Source of the DNA: an uncultured Gammaproteobacteria bacterium
GTDB lineage: Bacteria; Pseudomonadota; Gammaproteobacteria; QNFN01
Direction: 5' to 3'
Length of the DNA stretch: 34,819 bases
Assembly (NCBI GenBank): GCA_965364245.1
Contig: CBDTVS010000001.1
Location: forward strand, 1 to 34,819
Part shown: positions 26,401 through 33,340 of the stretch, in pieces
Layout: each line of letters begins with the position of its first letter
Position numbering within the stretch: the stretch's first letter is position 1
Position numbers and translations under genes: made by a program
The notes under the pieces: generated by a model
What the model was told of the DNA's origin: nothing
Seen by the model: only the letters and a program-made list of their open reading frames with translations
The model's database searches: none

Positions 26401-29400
26401 GCCCCGTCTGCGTCGATGTGCAGCGTGCCGAAGACCCCGGCGACGTCGCCGGCCTGGAAATGGGCCTCGCCGGTGTCGGCGTCGCTGACGCTCAGCGCAC
26501 CGGTCGCGGTAAGCGCGTTGTCCTCGGTTACGGCACCGCTGCTCGCGCCGCCGATCACCGGGGCGTCGTTGCTGCCGGCGATGATCACGGTGACGATCTG
26601 CGGGGTGCCGTCGGCGCTGCTGACCATCACCCGCTCGGTCAGAGTGGCGCCATTGCCGAGGCCCTGGACGGCGGGGTTGGTGACGTCGAGGGTGTAGGTC
26701 CAGGTACCGTCCTCGGCGAGCGTGAAATGGCCGTGATCGGTGTCGTGGTCGACGGCGTTGAAGTGGGCCTCGGTCGGATTGGGGTCGATGACGTCGAGCT
26801 TGCGGGTGAGGCTGTTGGCCTGGTCCTCGACAACCAGGCCGCGCGACACGCCGCCGATGATCGCGGTCGAGGTGGAACCGTAGATGTTCAGGTCGATGGC
26901 GTGTTCGGTGCCGTCGGCGGTGCGCACGACGAAGTGCTCGGCCGCCGAGGCCCCGGGGCCGAGCGAGGCGAGCGCGGTCTGGGTGGCGTCGGCGCTGTAA
27001 CTCCAGCGGCCGTCCGCGCCGATGCCGAGAGTGCCGTAGCTGCCCTGGAGCAGCATCGACTGGAAATGGGATTCACCGGTGTCGACGTCGAAGATGGTGA
27101 GCTCGCCGCCGAGATGCAGATGGCCGCCGTGGGCGTCGGCGGTCGAGGCGATCGCGGCGTCGACACCACCGATGATGGGCGCGTCGTTGGTGCCGGTGAG
27201 GTGAATCTCCAGATTGCGCTGGTCGCTGGCGCCGAACTGGTCGGTGACGACGATGGGGACGGTGATGTCGCGGGTCTCGCCGGCGGCGAGGCTCTGGTAG
27301 ATCGGGTGGCTGGCGTCGAAGGTGTAGCTGCCGTCGGGGTTGAGCGTCAGGCCGAGCACCGGGGCGCCGACGCGGAAGGTGAGCTGCGCACCGCTGTCGG
27401 GATCGCTGGCGTCGAGGGTGCCGCTGATGCGCGCGCCCTCGTCGACGCTGCGCGCCGTGATCGCCTGCAGCACCGGTGCGTCGTTGGTGCCCACCAGATT
27501 GACCCTGATCGTCGTGCGGTCGCTGGCACCCTGGTCATCGGTAACGCTGACGACAAAGGTCTCGGAAGCGTGCTCGCCGAGCGCGAGGGCGCGGGTCGCG
27601 TCGCGCGACGCATCGATCGTGTAGCTCCATGCGCCGGTCGCGGTATCGAGCACTAGGCTCCCATAGCTGCCGTCGGTGTGGTCGGCGGACCAGGTCAGCG
27701 TGGCCGAGATGTCCGTGTCGGATGCAACCAGCGTGCCCGCGAGCTGGCCGCTACCGCTGCCTATCTGCAGGTTGCCGCCAGCCGTAGTGCCGGCGATTTG
27801 CGGCAGGTCGTTGGTCCCGTTGATACGCACGACGATGTTGTGGGCGGTGCCGTCGGCGGTGCGCACGGTGAGGGTGTCGGTGGTGAAGTCGCCGTCCCCG
27901 AGTTCCTGCACTTCGGGGTTGGAGTTGTCGAGGGTGTAGGTCCAGGCCCCGTCTGCGTCGATGTGCAGCGTGCCGAAGACCCCGGCGACGTCGCCGGCCT
28001 GGAAATGGGCCTCGCCGGTGTCGGCGTCGCTGACGCTCAGCGCACCGGTCGCGGTAAGCGCGTTGTCCTCGGTTACGGCACCGCTGCTCGCGCCGCCGAT
28101 CACCGGGGCGTCGTTGCTGCCGGCGATGATCACGGTGACGATCTGCGGGGTGCCGTCGGCGCTGCTGACCATCACCCGCTCGGTCAGAGTGGCGCCATTG
28201 CCGAGGCCCTGGACGGCGGGGTTGGTGACGTCGAGGGTGTAGGTCCAGGTACCGTCCTCGGCGAGCGTGAAATGGCCGTGATCGGTGTCGTGGTCGACGG
28301 CGTTGAAGTGGGCCTCGGTCGGATTGGGGTCGATGACGTCGAGCTTGCGGGTGAGGCTGTTGGCCTGGTCCTCGACAACCAGGCCGCGCGACACGCCGCC
28401 GATGATCGCGGTCGAGGTGGAACCGTAGATGTTCAGGTCGATGGCGTGTTCGGTGCCGTCGGCGGTGCGCACGACGAAGTGCTCGGCCGCCGAGGCCCCG
28501 GGGCCGAGCGAGGCGAGCGCGGTCTGGGTGGCGTCGGCGCTGTAACTCCAGCGGCCGTCCGCGCCGATGCCGAGAGTGCCGTAGCTGCCCTGGAGCAGCA
28601 TCGACTGGAAATGGGATTCACCGGTGTCGACGTCGAAGATGGTGAGCTCGCCGCCGAGATGCAGATGGCCGCCGTGGGCGTCGGCGGTCGAGGCGATCGC
28701 GGCGTCGACACCACCGATGATGGGCGCGTCGTTGGTGCCGGTGAGGTGAATCTCCAGATTGCGCTGGTCGCTGGCGCCGAACTGGTCGGTGACGACGATG
28801 GGGACGGTGATGTCGCGGGTCTCGCCGGCGGCGAGGCTCTGGTAGATCGGGTGGCTGGCGTCGAAGGTGTAGCTGCCGTCGGGGTTGAGCGTCAGGCCGA
28901 GCACCGGGGCGCCGACGCGGAAGGTGAGCTGCGCACCGCTGTCGGGATCGCTGGCGTCGAGGGTGCCGCTGATGCGCGCGCCCTCGTCGACGCTGCGCGC
29001 CGTGATCGCCTGCAGCACCGGTGCGTCGTTGGTACCAGTGACCGACACGGTCAGGGTGGCGCTGGCGCTGTTCCCGGCAGCATCGATGATGGTGTAGTCG
29101 ACGCGGTCGGGCTGCGTCTCGCCCGCGGCGAGGTGCTGGGCGTTGGTGTTGAGCGTGTAGGTGAACGACCCGTCCGACTCGAGGTGGAAGGTGCCGTATT
29201 GCCCGGCGACCCCGCCGGCGGTGGTGAGCGTGGCGCGGGTGCCGTCGTTGGCGAGTAGGTTCCCGTGGGTCGTGCCCGCCTGGTCCTCGGTGGCGGTGAA
29301 GCTGTCGTCGGTGGCCACGAGCGTGGTGTCGATCGTGACCGCGAGGTCGGGTGAGGAGGTCGGTGGCAGGCCGTTCGGGGCGGTGGCCTGCGCGCTGAGT

Positions 29401-31907
29401 GTGTGGCCGCCCTCGGCGAGGTCCTGCCCCACGGCGAGACTGTAGCGGCCCTGATCGTCGGCGTAGGCCTCACCGATTCGGGTCGCGCCGTCGAAGATCT
29501 CGACCCGTGAGTACGGGATGCCGACAGTGCCCGTCAGGGTCGGCGTGGTGTCATGGGTGATTCCGTCCTGATCGGAGGCGCCAGTGTCGCTGCTGGCGTC
29601 GAGGGCCAGTGTGACCGCATTGGTGGGCTGAGCGCTGGCCGCACCCATGGGTCCACCCACGGCTCCGGCCGGTCCGGCCTGTCCCGCGGGACCTGCAGAG
29701 GGTGGCGTGGTGCCCTGCACCGGTGGCGCATCGACTCGCACGGTGACCTGTGGCGGCAAGCCGGGTCCGGCCGGCGCGGTGACGCTCCCGGTGGGGCTGA
29801 AGGTCAGGAATTTCGAGGTGACGCCGCCGTGCCCATCGTCGACCTGCACCTCGAAGGTGTCCTGGCCGCGGTAGGTGCCACTGGCCGGGTCGAGGGTCAT
29901 GCCCTGGACCGAATCGCTCGGCATGTAGACGTAGGCGCCGGTCTGCGGGTCGACACTGAGACTGCCGAACTGGCCGCTGCCGCTGCCGGTGACGCCGAAG
30001 GTGGGCGTGTCGCCGGTGTCCACGTCGGTCTGCTCAAGCAGCCCGTGGATCGCGTCGGTGGGGGTTACGCGCAGATCCGGTGCGTCGTTGGTGCCGAGGA
30101 TGTCGACAGTGATGACGTGTTCGGTGCCGTCGAGGCTGGTGACGCGGAAGGTTTCGGTCAGTTTCTCGCCGTCGCCGAGGGCCTGCACCGCAGGCAGGCT
30201 GTTGTCGAGGGTGTAGCTCCAGTCGCCACCGGGTTGCAGCACCAGGGTGCCGCCCAGCGACCCGTGCTGGGCCTGGTTCGCGAAGCCAGCCTCGCCGGAG
30301 TCGGCATCGTAGACGTCGAGGTGCCCAGCAGCACGCAGCTCGGCCCCTTGGAGCTGATCTTCGCGCACCGTGCCATGACCGACACCGCTGATCTGCGCGG
30401 CGTCGTTGGTGCCGGTGATCTGTAGAGTGATCTGCACCACGCTGCCGTCAGCGGAACGGACGGGAATCGTTTCCTGCAGCGGTACCCCGGCAGCGAGTGC
30501 CTGAACGTCCGGGTTGGCGTTGTCGAGGTCGTAGGTCCAGGTTCCCGACGAGTCGAGGTTCAGGGTGCCGTAATGGCCGGCGATCTGACCCGCTTGGAAC
30601 TGCGCTTCACCGGCATCGGCATCCTGGATTGAAAGGGCGCCGGAGGCGCGCGCCAGTGTGTCCTCGGTAACGGCGCCGGATGCGATCCCGCCGATCACCG
30701 GCGCGTCGCCGCTTCCGGTTACGGTGACCGCGACACGCACCGGCGTGCCGACGCCGTGCTCGTCGGTCACGGTCGCGGTGAAGATCTCCTGAACCTGCTG
30801 GCCGTCACGCAGCCCCTGCGTCGCGGGGCGTGTGTTGTCGAGGGTGTAGCTCCAGCGACCGCTGATGTCATCGAACACGAGGGTGCCGTAGGCGCCATCG
30901 AGGTGGTCCACGTTCCAGTGCAGCTGGGCTCCGGTATCGGGATCGGTGACCGCGATGCGCCCCTCCACGTGACTCGTCGAGGCGTCTTCGGTGACGAGGC
31001 CGGTGGTGACCGAGCCAGAGACCAGGCGTGGGGCGTCGTTGGTGCCCTCGAGCATGATCTTGATCGGAGTCGTGACGACGGTACCCGCCGTGTCAGTAGC
31101 GATGACCGTGAATGTCTCACTGACACGCTCACCTTCGGCAAGTGCCTGGACCCCAGGACTGTTGCCGTCGAGCACGAAACGCCAGGAGCCGTCGGTGCCA
31201 ACGGTGAAGTGACCGTAGGCGCCCTGACCCTGGTCGACCTGCCAATGAACGCCTCCGGCACCGCCGCTGGCGGCGAGGTGCCCCTGCGTGGCGCTTACGT
31301 CGTCCTCGCGGACCTTGCCGCCGTACTCGCCGGTGACGATCAGCGGATTGGTGGTCGGTTGGGAGCTGGCGCTGCCACCGGCAGCCGTGCCTCCCGTGGA
31401 GCCCGCGCTGGCGTGGCCATGTGTAGTGCCTGCAGCAGTGCCGCTAGCGCTGGCAGCCGCGTCCAGCGGGGCTTCCGATCCGCGTCGTTCGGCGGCAGCG
31501 CTAGCGGTCGGAATGATGGGGCCGGAGGCGTCGCCGCTCGGGGTGATCTCGAGTCCCGTGCCGAAGTCTGCGCCAGAGGCGGTATGGCCACCTCGGCCGC
31601 GGGTCGCGGTGGCGGACGCTGATACGGACGGACTACCGGCCTGGGCGCCGGCTGCGAGGTCGGAGTCACTCGCATTGGCGGCCGCGACGGACGTGTCCTT
31701 GAGCGCCCCTCTGGCAGTGCCAGGAGCCGCGCTGGTGGGTGCAAACGTCTCGCCGTTGGGTTGCGGCTCGGCGCCCGGTTCCGACGCCAGGTCCTCGTCC
31801 CAACCGATCTCGTTCCCTGCGGCGATTTCGCTACGCGACTTTTCCTCAGGCCGTTGGTCGGGCCGGTCCTTGGCTGACTCGGGTTTCTTGCGGCGTTCGT
31901 CACTCAT
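17442..31907 (-). CDS. Giant (4,821 aa) repeat-rich surface/secreted adhesin-like protein, presumed substrate of the adjacent type I secretion system
   Basis: A single uninterrupted 14,466-nt ORF. About two dozen ~100-aa VCBS-type modules each end in G(T/S)NDAP (for example GxYGTLxxxxDGxWxYxLDNxxPxVQAL...TGTNDAP). Interspersed are Ig-like modules (TPTLTGT...), a dystroglycan/cadherin-like module (LPTWLHFDPDTQTFSG) and cadherin-like DADGDAL modules. The N-terminal ~190 aa are low-complexity Ala/Ser/Gly/Thr. It lies directly downstream of the ABC and HlyD genes on the same strand. Confidence 0.95.
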   Translation of the reverse strand: MSDERRKKPESAKDRPDQRPEEKSRSEIAAGNEIGWDEDLASEPGAEPQPNGETFAPTSAAPGTARGALKDTSVAAANASDSDLAAGAQAGSPSVSASATATRGRGGHTASGADFGTGLEITPSGDASGPIIPTASAAAERRGSEAPLDAAASASGTAAGTTHGHASAGSTGGTAAGGSASSQPTTNPLIVTGEYGGKVREDDVSATQGHLAASGGAGGVHWQVDQGQGAYGHFTVGTDGSWRFVLDGNSPGVQALAEGERVSETFTVIATDTAGTVVTTPIKIMLEGTNDAPRLVSGSVTTGLVTEDASTSHVEGRIAVTDPDTGAQLHWNVDHLDGAYGTLVFDDISGRWSYTLDNTRPATQGLRDGQQVQEIFTATVTDEHGVGTPVRVAVTVTGSGDAPVIGGIASGAVTEDTLARASGALSIQDADAGEAQFQAGQIAGHYGTLNLDSSGTWTYDLDNANPDVQALAAGVPLQETIPVRSADGSVVQITLQITGTNDAAQISGVGHGTVREDQLQGAELRAAGHLDVYDADSGEAGFANQAQHGSLGGTLVLQPGGDWSYTLDNSLPAVQALGDGEKLTETFRVTSLDGTEHVITVDILGTNDAPDLRVTPTDAIHGLLEQTDVDTGDTPTFGVTGSGSGQFGSLSVDPQTGAYVYMPSDSVQGMTLDPASGTYRGQDTFEVQVDDGHGGVTSKFLTFSPTGSVTAPAGPGLPPQVTVRVDAPPVQGTTPPSAGPAGQAGPAGAVGGPMGAASAQPTNAVTLALDASSDTGASDQDGITHDTTPTLTGTVGIPYSRVEIFDGATRIGEAYADDQGRYSLAVGQDLAEGGHTLSAQATAPNGLPPTSSPDLAVTIDTTLVATDDSFTATEDQAGTTHGNLLANDGTRATLTTAGGVAGQYGTFHLESDGSFTYTLNTNAQHLAAGETQPDRVDYTIIDAAGNSASATLTVSVTGTNDAPVLQAITARSVDEGARISGTLDASDPDSGAQLTFRVGAPVLGLTLNPDGSYTFDASHPIYQSLAAGETRDITVPIVVTDQFGASDQRNLEIHLTGTNDAPIIGGVDAAIASTADAHGGHLHLGGELTIFDVDTGESHFQSMLLQGSYGTLGIGADGRWSYSADATQTALASLGPGASAAEHFVVRTADGTEHAIDLNIYGSTSTAIIGGVSRGLVVEDQANSLTRKLDVIDPNPTEAHFNAVDHDTDHGHFTLAEDGTWTYTLDVTNPAVQGLGNGATLTERVMVSSADGTPQIVTVIIAGSNDAPVIGGASSGAVTEDNALTATGALSVSDADTGEAHFQAGDVAGVFGTLHIDADGAWTYTLDNSNPEVQELGDGDFTTDTLTVRTADGTAHNIVVRINGTNDLPQIAGTTAGGNLQIGSGSGQLAGTLVASDTDISATLTWSADHTDGSYGSLVLDTATGAWSYTIDASRDATRALALGEHASETFVVSVTDDQGASDRTTIRVNLVGTNDAPVLQAITARSVDEGARISGTLDASDPDSGAQLTFRVGAPVLGLTLNPDGSYTFDASHPIYQSLAAGETRDITVPIVVTDQFGASDQRNLEIHLTGTNDAPIIGGVDAAIASTADAHGGHLHLGGELTIFDVDTGESHFQSMLLQGSYGTLGIGADGRWSYSADATQTALASLGPGASAAEHFVVRTADGTEHAIDLNIYGSTSTAIIGGVSRGLVVEDQANSLTRKLDVIDPNPTEAHFNAVDHDTDHGHFTLAEDGTWTYTLDVTNPAVQGLGNGATLTERVMVSSADGTPQIVTVIIAGSNDAPVIGGASSGAVTEDNALTATGALSVSDADTGEAHFQAGDVAGVFGTLHIDADGAWTYTLDNSNPEVQELGDGDFTTDTLTVRTADGTAHDIVVHINGTDDRPTVTGDDGAVLWEDREAHPGQLAYSGRLNVSDVDFGESSFQVQTDVEGSGGYGHFTIDSDGRWSYIADNSNPAIQQLAAGERVTDQLVVTTLDGTRQTLTVTIEGANDAAVIGGARSGDVTEESATTARGTLTVADVDRDEAHFQAGDVAGSYGTLHIDAAGHWNYALDNGLASVQALGEGDRVTEQLTVRTVDGTEQILTLTIHGTNDAAHIAGVDHAAIDEDDFSQSLSNDLVAHGQLSVSDIDTDEAGFAAQNIHGPHQSVLVLTPSGRWTFMAHGDDPAIQALGDGDQLSIPFKVTSLDGTEHTVTVDIVGTNDRAVIGGTDSATVTEDTATTARGTLTVSDADTGEDAFRADDYAGTFGTLHLDANGSWVYVLDNDRPAVQSLGTGESETDRITVVTTDGTTHEVVVTVQGTNDRPVATAIPNFRIGEGDHLQARVPAGTFTDAEGGTLTYAATLADGSPLPTWLHFDPDTQTFSGDPGHANVGALNLRIEATDTDGASVHQDFQLEVVDDVAPVRPTLSTLAANLPDATPTLQGVAEPGAIVTITDHGQVLGTATATAAGTFTFTPATDLADGDHTFRAFATDAAGNPSPASAPAQTSIDTQTHSELSIDRIDNALEVRIETRGGHPVHGANHPGGGGSKWAAEAYEITSGDVTVQGTATGVPDGTQVHLHLVDRNDASIVYDLATTASGGGWTATLDHTQMDRVSGDHDWQVKVTTTDKFGHTLHTGTEIIDQGQLTQDLTEDGQAGAIDLREGVDGLSVGPLLYSTDGVHFSSRVPDGFALNADGHTLHVDPSAAGFDHLAAGDKAEVFIKYSLGETVAGTAESVEQVAVVTLTGTNDAPVVTATAGTPADLGATLEDMARSFTQEDLLRLVGATDAEGDNLLVTGVDIDSAYGEFHALANGRWLFVPEKDVSGDAIPVRITVSDGSLSTEAHATFDITAQNDAPVFAPGAVPPAPPLPGSGSVAPPPVSDPGNYAQVEEGSTVSGHLRASDADPGDTLRFETPFTVPGLTLHADGSYTFDASNPAYARLQESETTRLAVPVMVTDSQGATAQGSLTITIVGTNDVPLIGGIDHAMGSVAGSKDGRVHVDGQLMIMDPDHGESFFQAGVIKGAYGFLNIDPDGHWSYSADASQPALARLADSEQVPESFRVETADGTSHDIVLQIKGGNTPAIFGGVTVGVVKEDTDISTSGRMSVSDPNVGESAFVPIDRDTPHGHFTLDAQGAWTFTLANDHPDVQSLAEGQNLVERITVGSVDGTPQVVTINIAGTGDVAQIAGVDTLSVDEDDTRMGHLSLAGKLAISDVDSGEDRFVDDLQIDGSSGLGTFGITAGGDWFYTADANNPAIQALGPGQTLVETAEVRSLDGTTHTLTVTIHGSMDAPSLSVSTGATQAAAGHAEAHATVGSVQSTGFVMHALGFGEAFEDANGNLQLPALETARLGTNAHGDTFGVDAARPAVAQGTAPEQDSIDSQIIQGQDKGDQPGETLVIELQGVSKSAVLLLNGLSGHGDKLTWTAYAADGTPVDHGVLESTGQGAAVQALPIETQNPFAFVALHAEAPAPEATRSGGTTQFSTNVGVERVEAELLRFETPLTLSAAVGDSADTNQQLAWRITGLEQAELSSGTRNADGSWTVTEAEAQGLQVLHSGVLHLQVAAVATDPVTGDSAASAPATVTVDPSGASYTVITGSPLALTDEDSTSTLTGDFDIDTNKGTPPAFVAEGQDGHYGHFQIDAQGTWTYALDTDRAQELAGGPYEERFTVRTEDGANRDLTVIIHGHNDPLQLVDVAGTSTRGPAAVVGGHLQAVDPDNAHDTFNFVADYNDLERGSDQSVVEGKYGTLTVDELTGTWNYVVDPSKAAQIPAGSPAEESFPVHVMNMDSFGDLADLTLKVAVNHAGQAMVEVPGQADALQALDDKAVAVDDRASATEDQAGPVTGNVLANDEAGATVTSTADQQGAYGTLALQADGGYTYTLDARAQVLAAGESHQERFTYEITDAAGNTATAHLVVTVTGTNDAPVVSAPVTLTDADAAMPLHISEAQLLAHASDPDGDALSVENLASVSTGPSTQVARALLSMGHSAQNLEVSHGTVTADPAGGYLYTPEAGYEGPVRLTYDVVDPQGARVATHADFDTVAVSHAAVITDTSHETVTEDVSGLATGRLGISDLDGSNEELFTPLFNAQSDQGYGHFSISVGGTWVYRLDDSHQAVDALAAGETLTDTITVNSADGTAHQLHVTIAGTDDAPNVQAGDLGTVEQGLTRTFTSAELLQTVHATDVDTAADQLAISSVWVDPQYGVITHTGDSWALTPVSGVTHDDIPVKVTVTDGTTSVTADATLDITPPARMAIEGVSYYYADDTAHTHPIADLGDLDAARLGHGLVAVGQVTGPELSQLQLTSAVMVSEGSGMAGGGQVQMEANGHFEVTFDENDLLNLQGKELYIVFNVGGQMRGQTTGAHLTSPSFVVDTVPIAASDTDLGEVEAGAPLPLDINTLLAGATDADGDALTLVPGSLSSPHGTITGDAQSGFVFHPEPGFSGDDVHIAYQLTDGRHTVDTFATVDVLHPDHAPVASSLVNLGVAVEETGTKLSMDKLLSGASDADGDALSVVAGSFSSRYGQVTDDGHGGFVFTPAHGVQGVRAISYQLTDGKGHVVDATAIIEVAPGVRITGITPDTGTQADFTTSDPTILISGSSAPGATVKVQTMDSSHLELGTTTADADGHWTLDATGHALPDGATPLVAIASLPSGYFALAQQEVTIAPDGRSASVGELLPIDDGSVVGVEHPDMMFTAYTGEPAPDDQAGAVGDLSPPTDDTSQEVHDTSYDDTMVATGSGTDSDHAVDDYMQFADTTQQGDSPAAADGAVPSPLADYLVAAGVEPTDLQQVESVTSPDPTLVDVPDTQPAPTSPEDMIDEGLDTGGDVADPSLLDDPQHHGV
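17445..17843 (-). other. C-terminal 133-aa acidic Pro/Asp/Thr-rich tail module of the giant adhesin (candidate secretion signal), paralogous to 12078..12476
   Basis: Homology with the orphan copy begins at AVGDL and runs to the stop. GC is about 55-62% in hand-counted samples, against 68-75% just upstream in the same gene. Confidence 0.7.
26295..27488. repeat. Copy A of a perfect 1,194-bp direct repeat inside the giant adhesin gene (codons 1474-1871)
   Basis: Offset is exactly 1,545 bp to copy B. Flanking mismatches lie at 26294/27839 and 27489/29034. ORF-track peptides in several frames are letter-identical between the copies (26416..26697 = 27961..28242; 26639..26833 = 28184..28378; 26888..27169 = 28433..28714). 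Confidence 0.95.
27840..29033. repeat. Copy B of the perfect 1,194-bp direct repeat (codons 959-1356)
   Basis: As for copy A. The repeat is in frame (398 codons, four ~100-aa modules). The copies are separated by a unique 351-bp (117-codon) module at 27489-27839. Confidence 0.95.
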
Positions 31908-31983
31908 GATGTCAATCCGGCTGAATGCGGCTGGAGGGGCCGGCTCTCTGGCCGTCTACGCCCGTTTCGACTGTTAGGGGCTA

Positions 31984-33324
31984 TCACCGTTCATGGAAGG
32001 CGGTGTCGGCGGTGATGAACACCGGTTTGAGGATGAACTGCAGCACCGACTTGCGACCAGTCGCGATGTCCACCTCGCCGGTCATGCCCGGGATCAGGCG
32101 GCGCTCTTGGCTGCCGACGTAGGACGTGGCCAGGCTGACACGGACCTTGTAGTAGGGGGCGCCGGTCTCTGGCATCTTGTAGGTGGTCGGGGAAACCTGG
32201 GTCACGATGCCCTCGACGGCACCGAAGCGGCTGTAGTCGAAGGCGTCGAATTTGACGAGGGCCTGTTGCCCCGGGCGCACGAATCCGATGTCGCGCGGCG
32301 CGACCTGGGCCTCCATCAGGATTTCGCCGTCGACTGGGACGATCTGCGCGATCGTCCCGCCGGGCGGGACCACTGCGCCCTCGCGTGTTTCGGGCAGGCT
32401 GATCACCACGCCGTCGATCGGCGCGACCAGCAGTCTACGACCCTCGCGGGCGTTGAGCGCAGTCAGGTCCGCCTCCAGCTCGCGCATCTGTTCGACGATC
32501 TGACTGCGTTCGGTGCTTGCGTCCTTGGTGAATTCGGCGCGGATGCGCTCGAGGTCGGACTCGATGGACTCGATGGCGTTGCGTAGCGATTCGGCGCGTG
32601 AGCGGGCATCGGAACGGCGCAGTTCGAGCTCGGAGACCTGTTGACGCTCCTCGCTGAGCTGCAGGCGGCTGATCAGGCCCTTGCTGACACCCTCCTCGAC
32701 GCGCTTGAGCTTCGCTCGCGCCTCGGCCAGTTCGCGGTCCAGCAGGCGCAATTCACCCTCGACACCTTTCAGCGTTGCCTGTTGCTGCTCGACCTCGTTG
32801 CGCTTTGCCGCCAGCGCCGCATCGCGAGCGGAGACCTGCGCACGATAGGTTGCGCGCGCCTCGGCCACCATGCGCGGTCGCTCGGAGAAGGGGATGAAGT
32901 CGGGTTCGCGCTCCTCCACGAACGCACCTAGCCGTTCCAGCTCAATAGCGAAGCTGGCCATACGTGTCTGCGCCTGGGCAAGATCGCGCTCGAGGTCCGA
33001 GACGACGAAGTCGGCGATGTTCTGACCGCGGGTGACGAATTCGCCATCCTCGACGTAGAGCACGCCGACGGTGCCGCCCTCTTCGGTCTGCAGGCTCTGC
33101 ACGTTGCCCGCCGGCTCGATCTCACCGCGCGCGCGTGCAAGTTCGTCGACCTGTGCCAACGCGGCCCAGACCAGGAACGTGACGACCAGCACGACGATGC
33201 CGAGTAGGGCACGGCGCAGGGCGCGGGTCTGCCCCGATTCGTCGAGCTGCGCCTCGATGCGTTCGAGTTGCCGGTCGTCTCCGGCCGTTGCGGTCACGAT
33301 GTCGGGTGCTGAGGCTTCGTTCAT
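31984..33324 (-). CDS. HlyD-family type I secretion membrane fusion (periplasmic adaptor) protein
   Basis: ORF 31984..33429 trimmed to the ATG at 33324 (MNEASAPD...). There is one N-terminal TM (LLGIVVLVVTFLVWAALA), a long coiled-coil region, and the C-terminal motif LIPGMTGEVDIATGRKSVLQFILKPV typical of HlyD adaptors. Confidence 0.9.
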   Translation of the reverse strand: MNEASAPDIVTATAGDDRQLERIEAQLDESGQTRALRRALLGIVVLVVTFLVWAALAQVDELARARGEIEPAGNVQSLQTEEGGTVGVLYVEDGEFVTRGQNIADFVVSDLERDLAQAQTRMASFAIELERLGAFVEEREPDFIPFSERPRMVAEARATYRAQVSARDAALAAKRNEVEQQQATLKGVEGELRLLDRELAEARAKLKRVEEGVSKGLISRLQLSEERQQVSELELRRSDARSRAESLRNAIESIESDLERIRAEFTKDASTERSQIVEQMRELEADLTALNAREGRRLLVAPIDGVVISLPETREGAVVPPGGTIAQIVPVDGEILMEAQVAPRDIGFVRPGQQALVKFDAFDYSRFGAVEGIVTQVSPTTYKMPETGAPYYKVRVSLATSYVGSQERRLIPGMTGEVDIATGRKSVLQFILKPVFITADTAFHER

Positions 33325-33340
33325 TGAAGGTACTCGTCTA

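Noticed and set aside
31377-31439. Two TAAG tetrapeptides (residues 157-160 and 174-177) resembling the di-alanine LapG cleavage motif of LapA-type adhesins.
   Set aside because: They sit in an Ala/Gly/Ser/Thr low-complexity stretch where such tetrapeptides are expected by chance. No LapG/LapD genes are in the window, and no folded retention module is evident upstream. This cannot be supported from sequence alone.
17442-31907. A regular ~300-bp recurrence of near-identical short motifs (for example ggcgcgtcgttggtgcc) that could be mistaken for a CRISPR-like or satellite array.
   Set aside because: The motif is the reverse complement of the codons for G-T-N-D-A-P, which closes each ~100-aa protein module. 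The recurrence is coding periodicity within one ORF. The sequences between motifs are related to one another, unlike CRISPR spacers.
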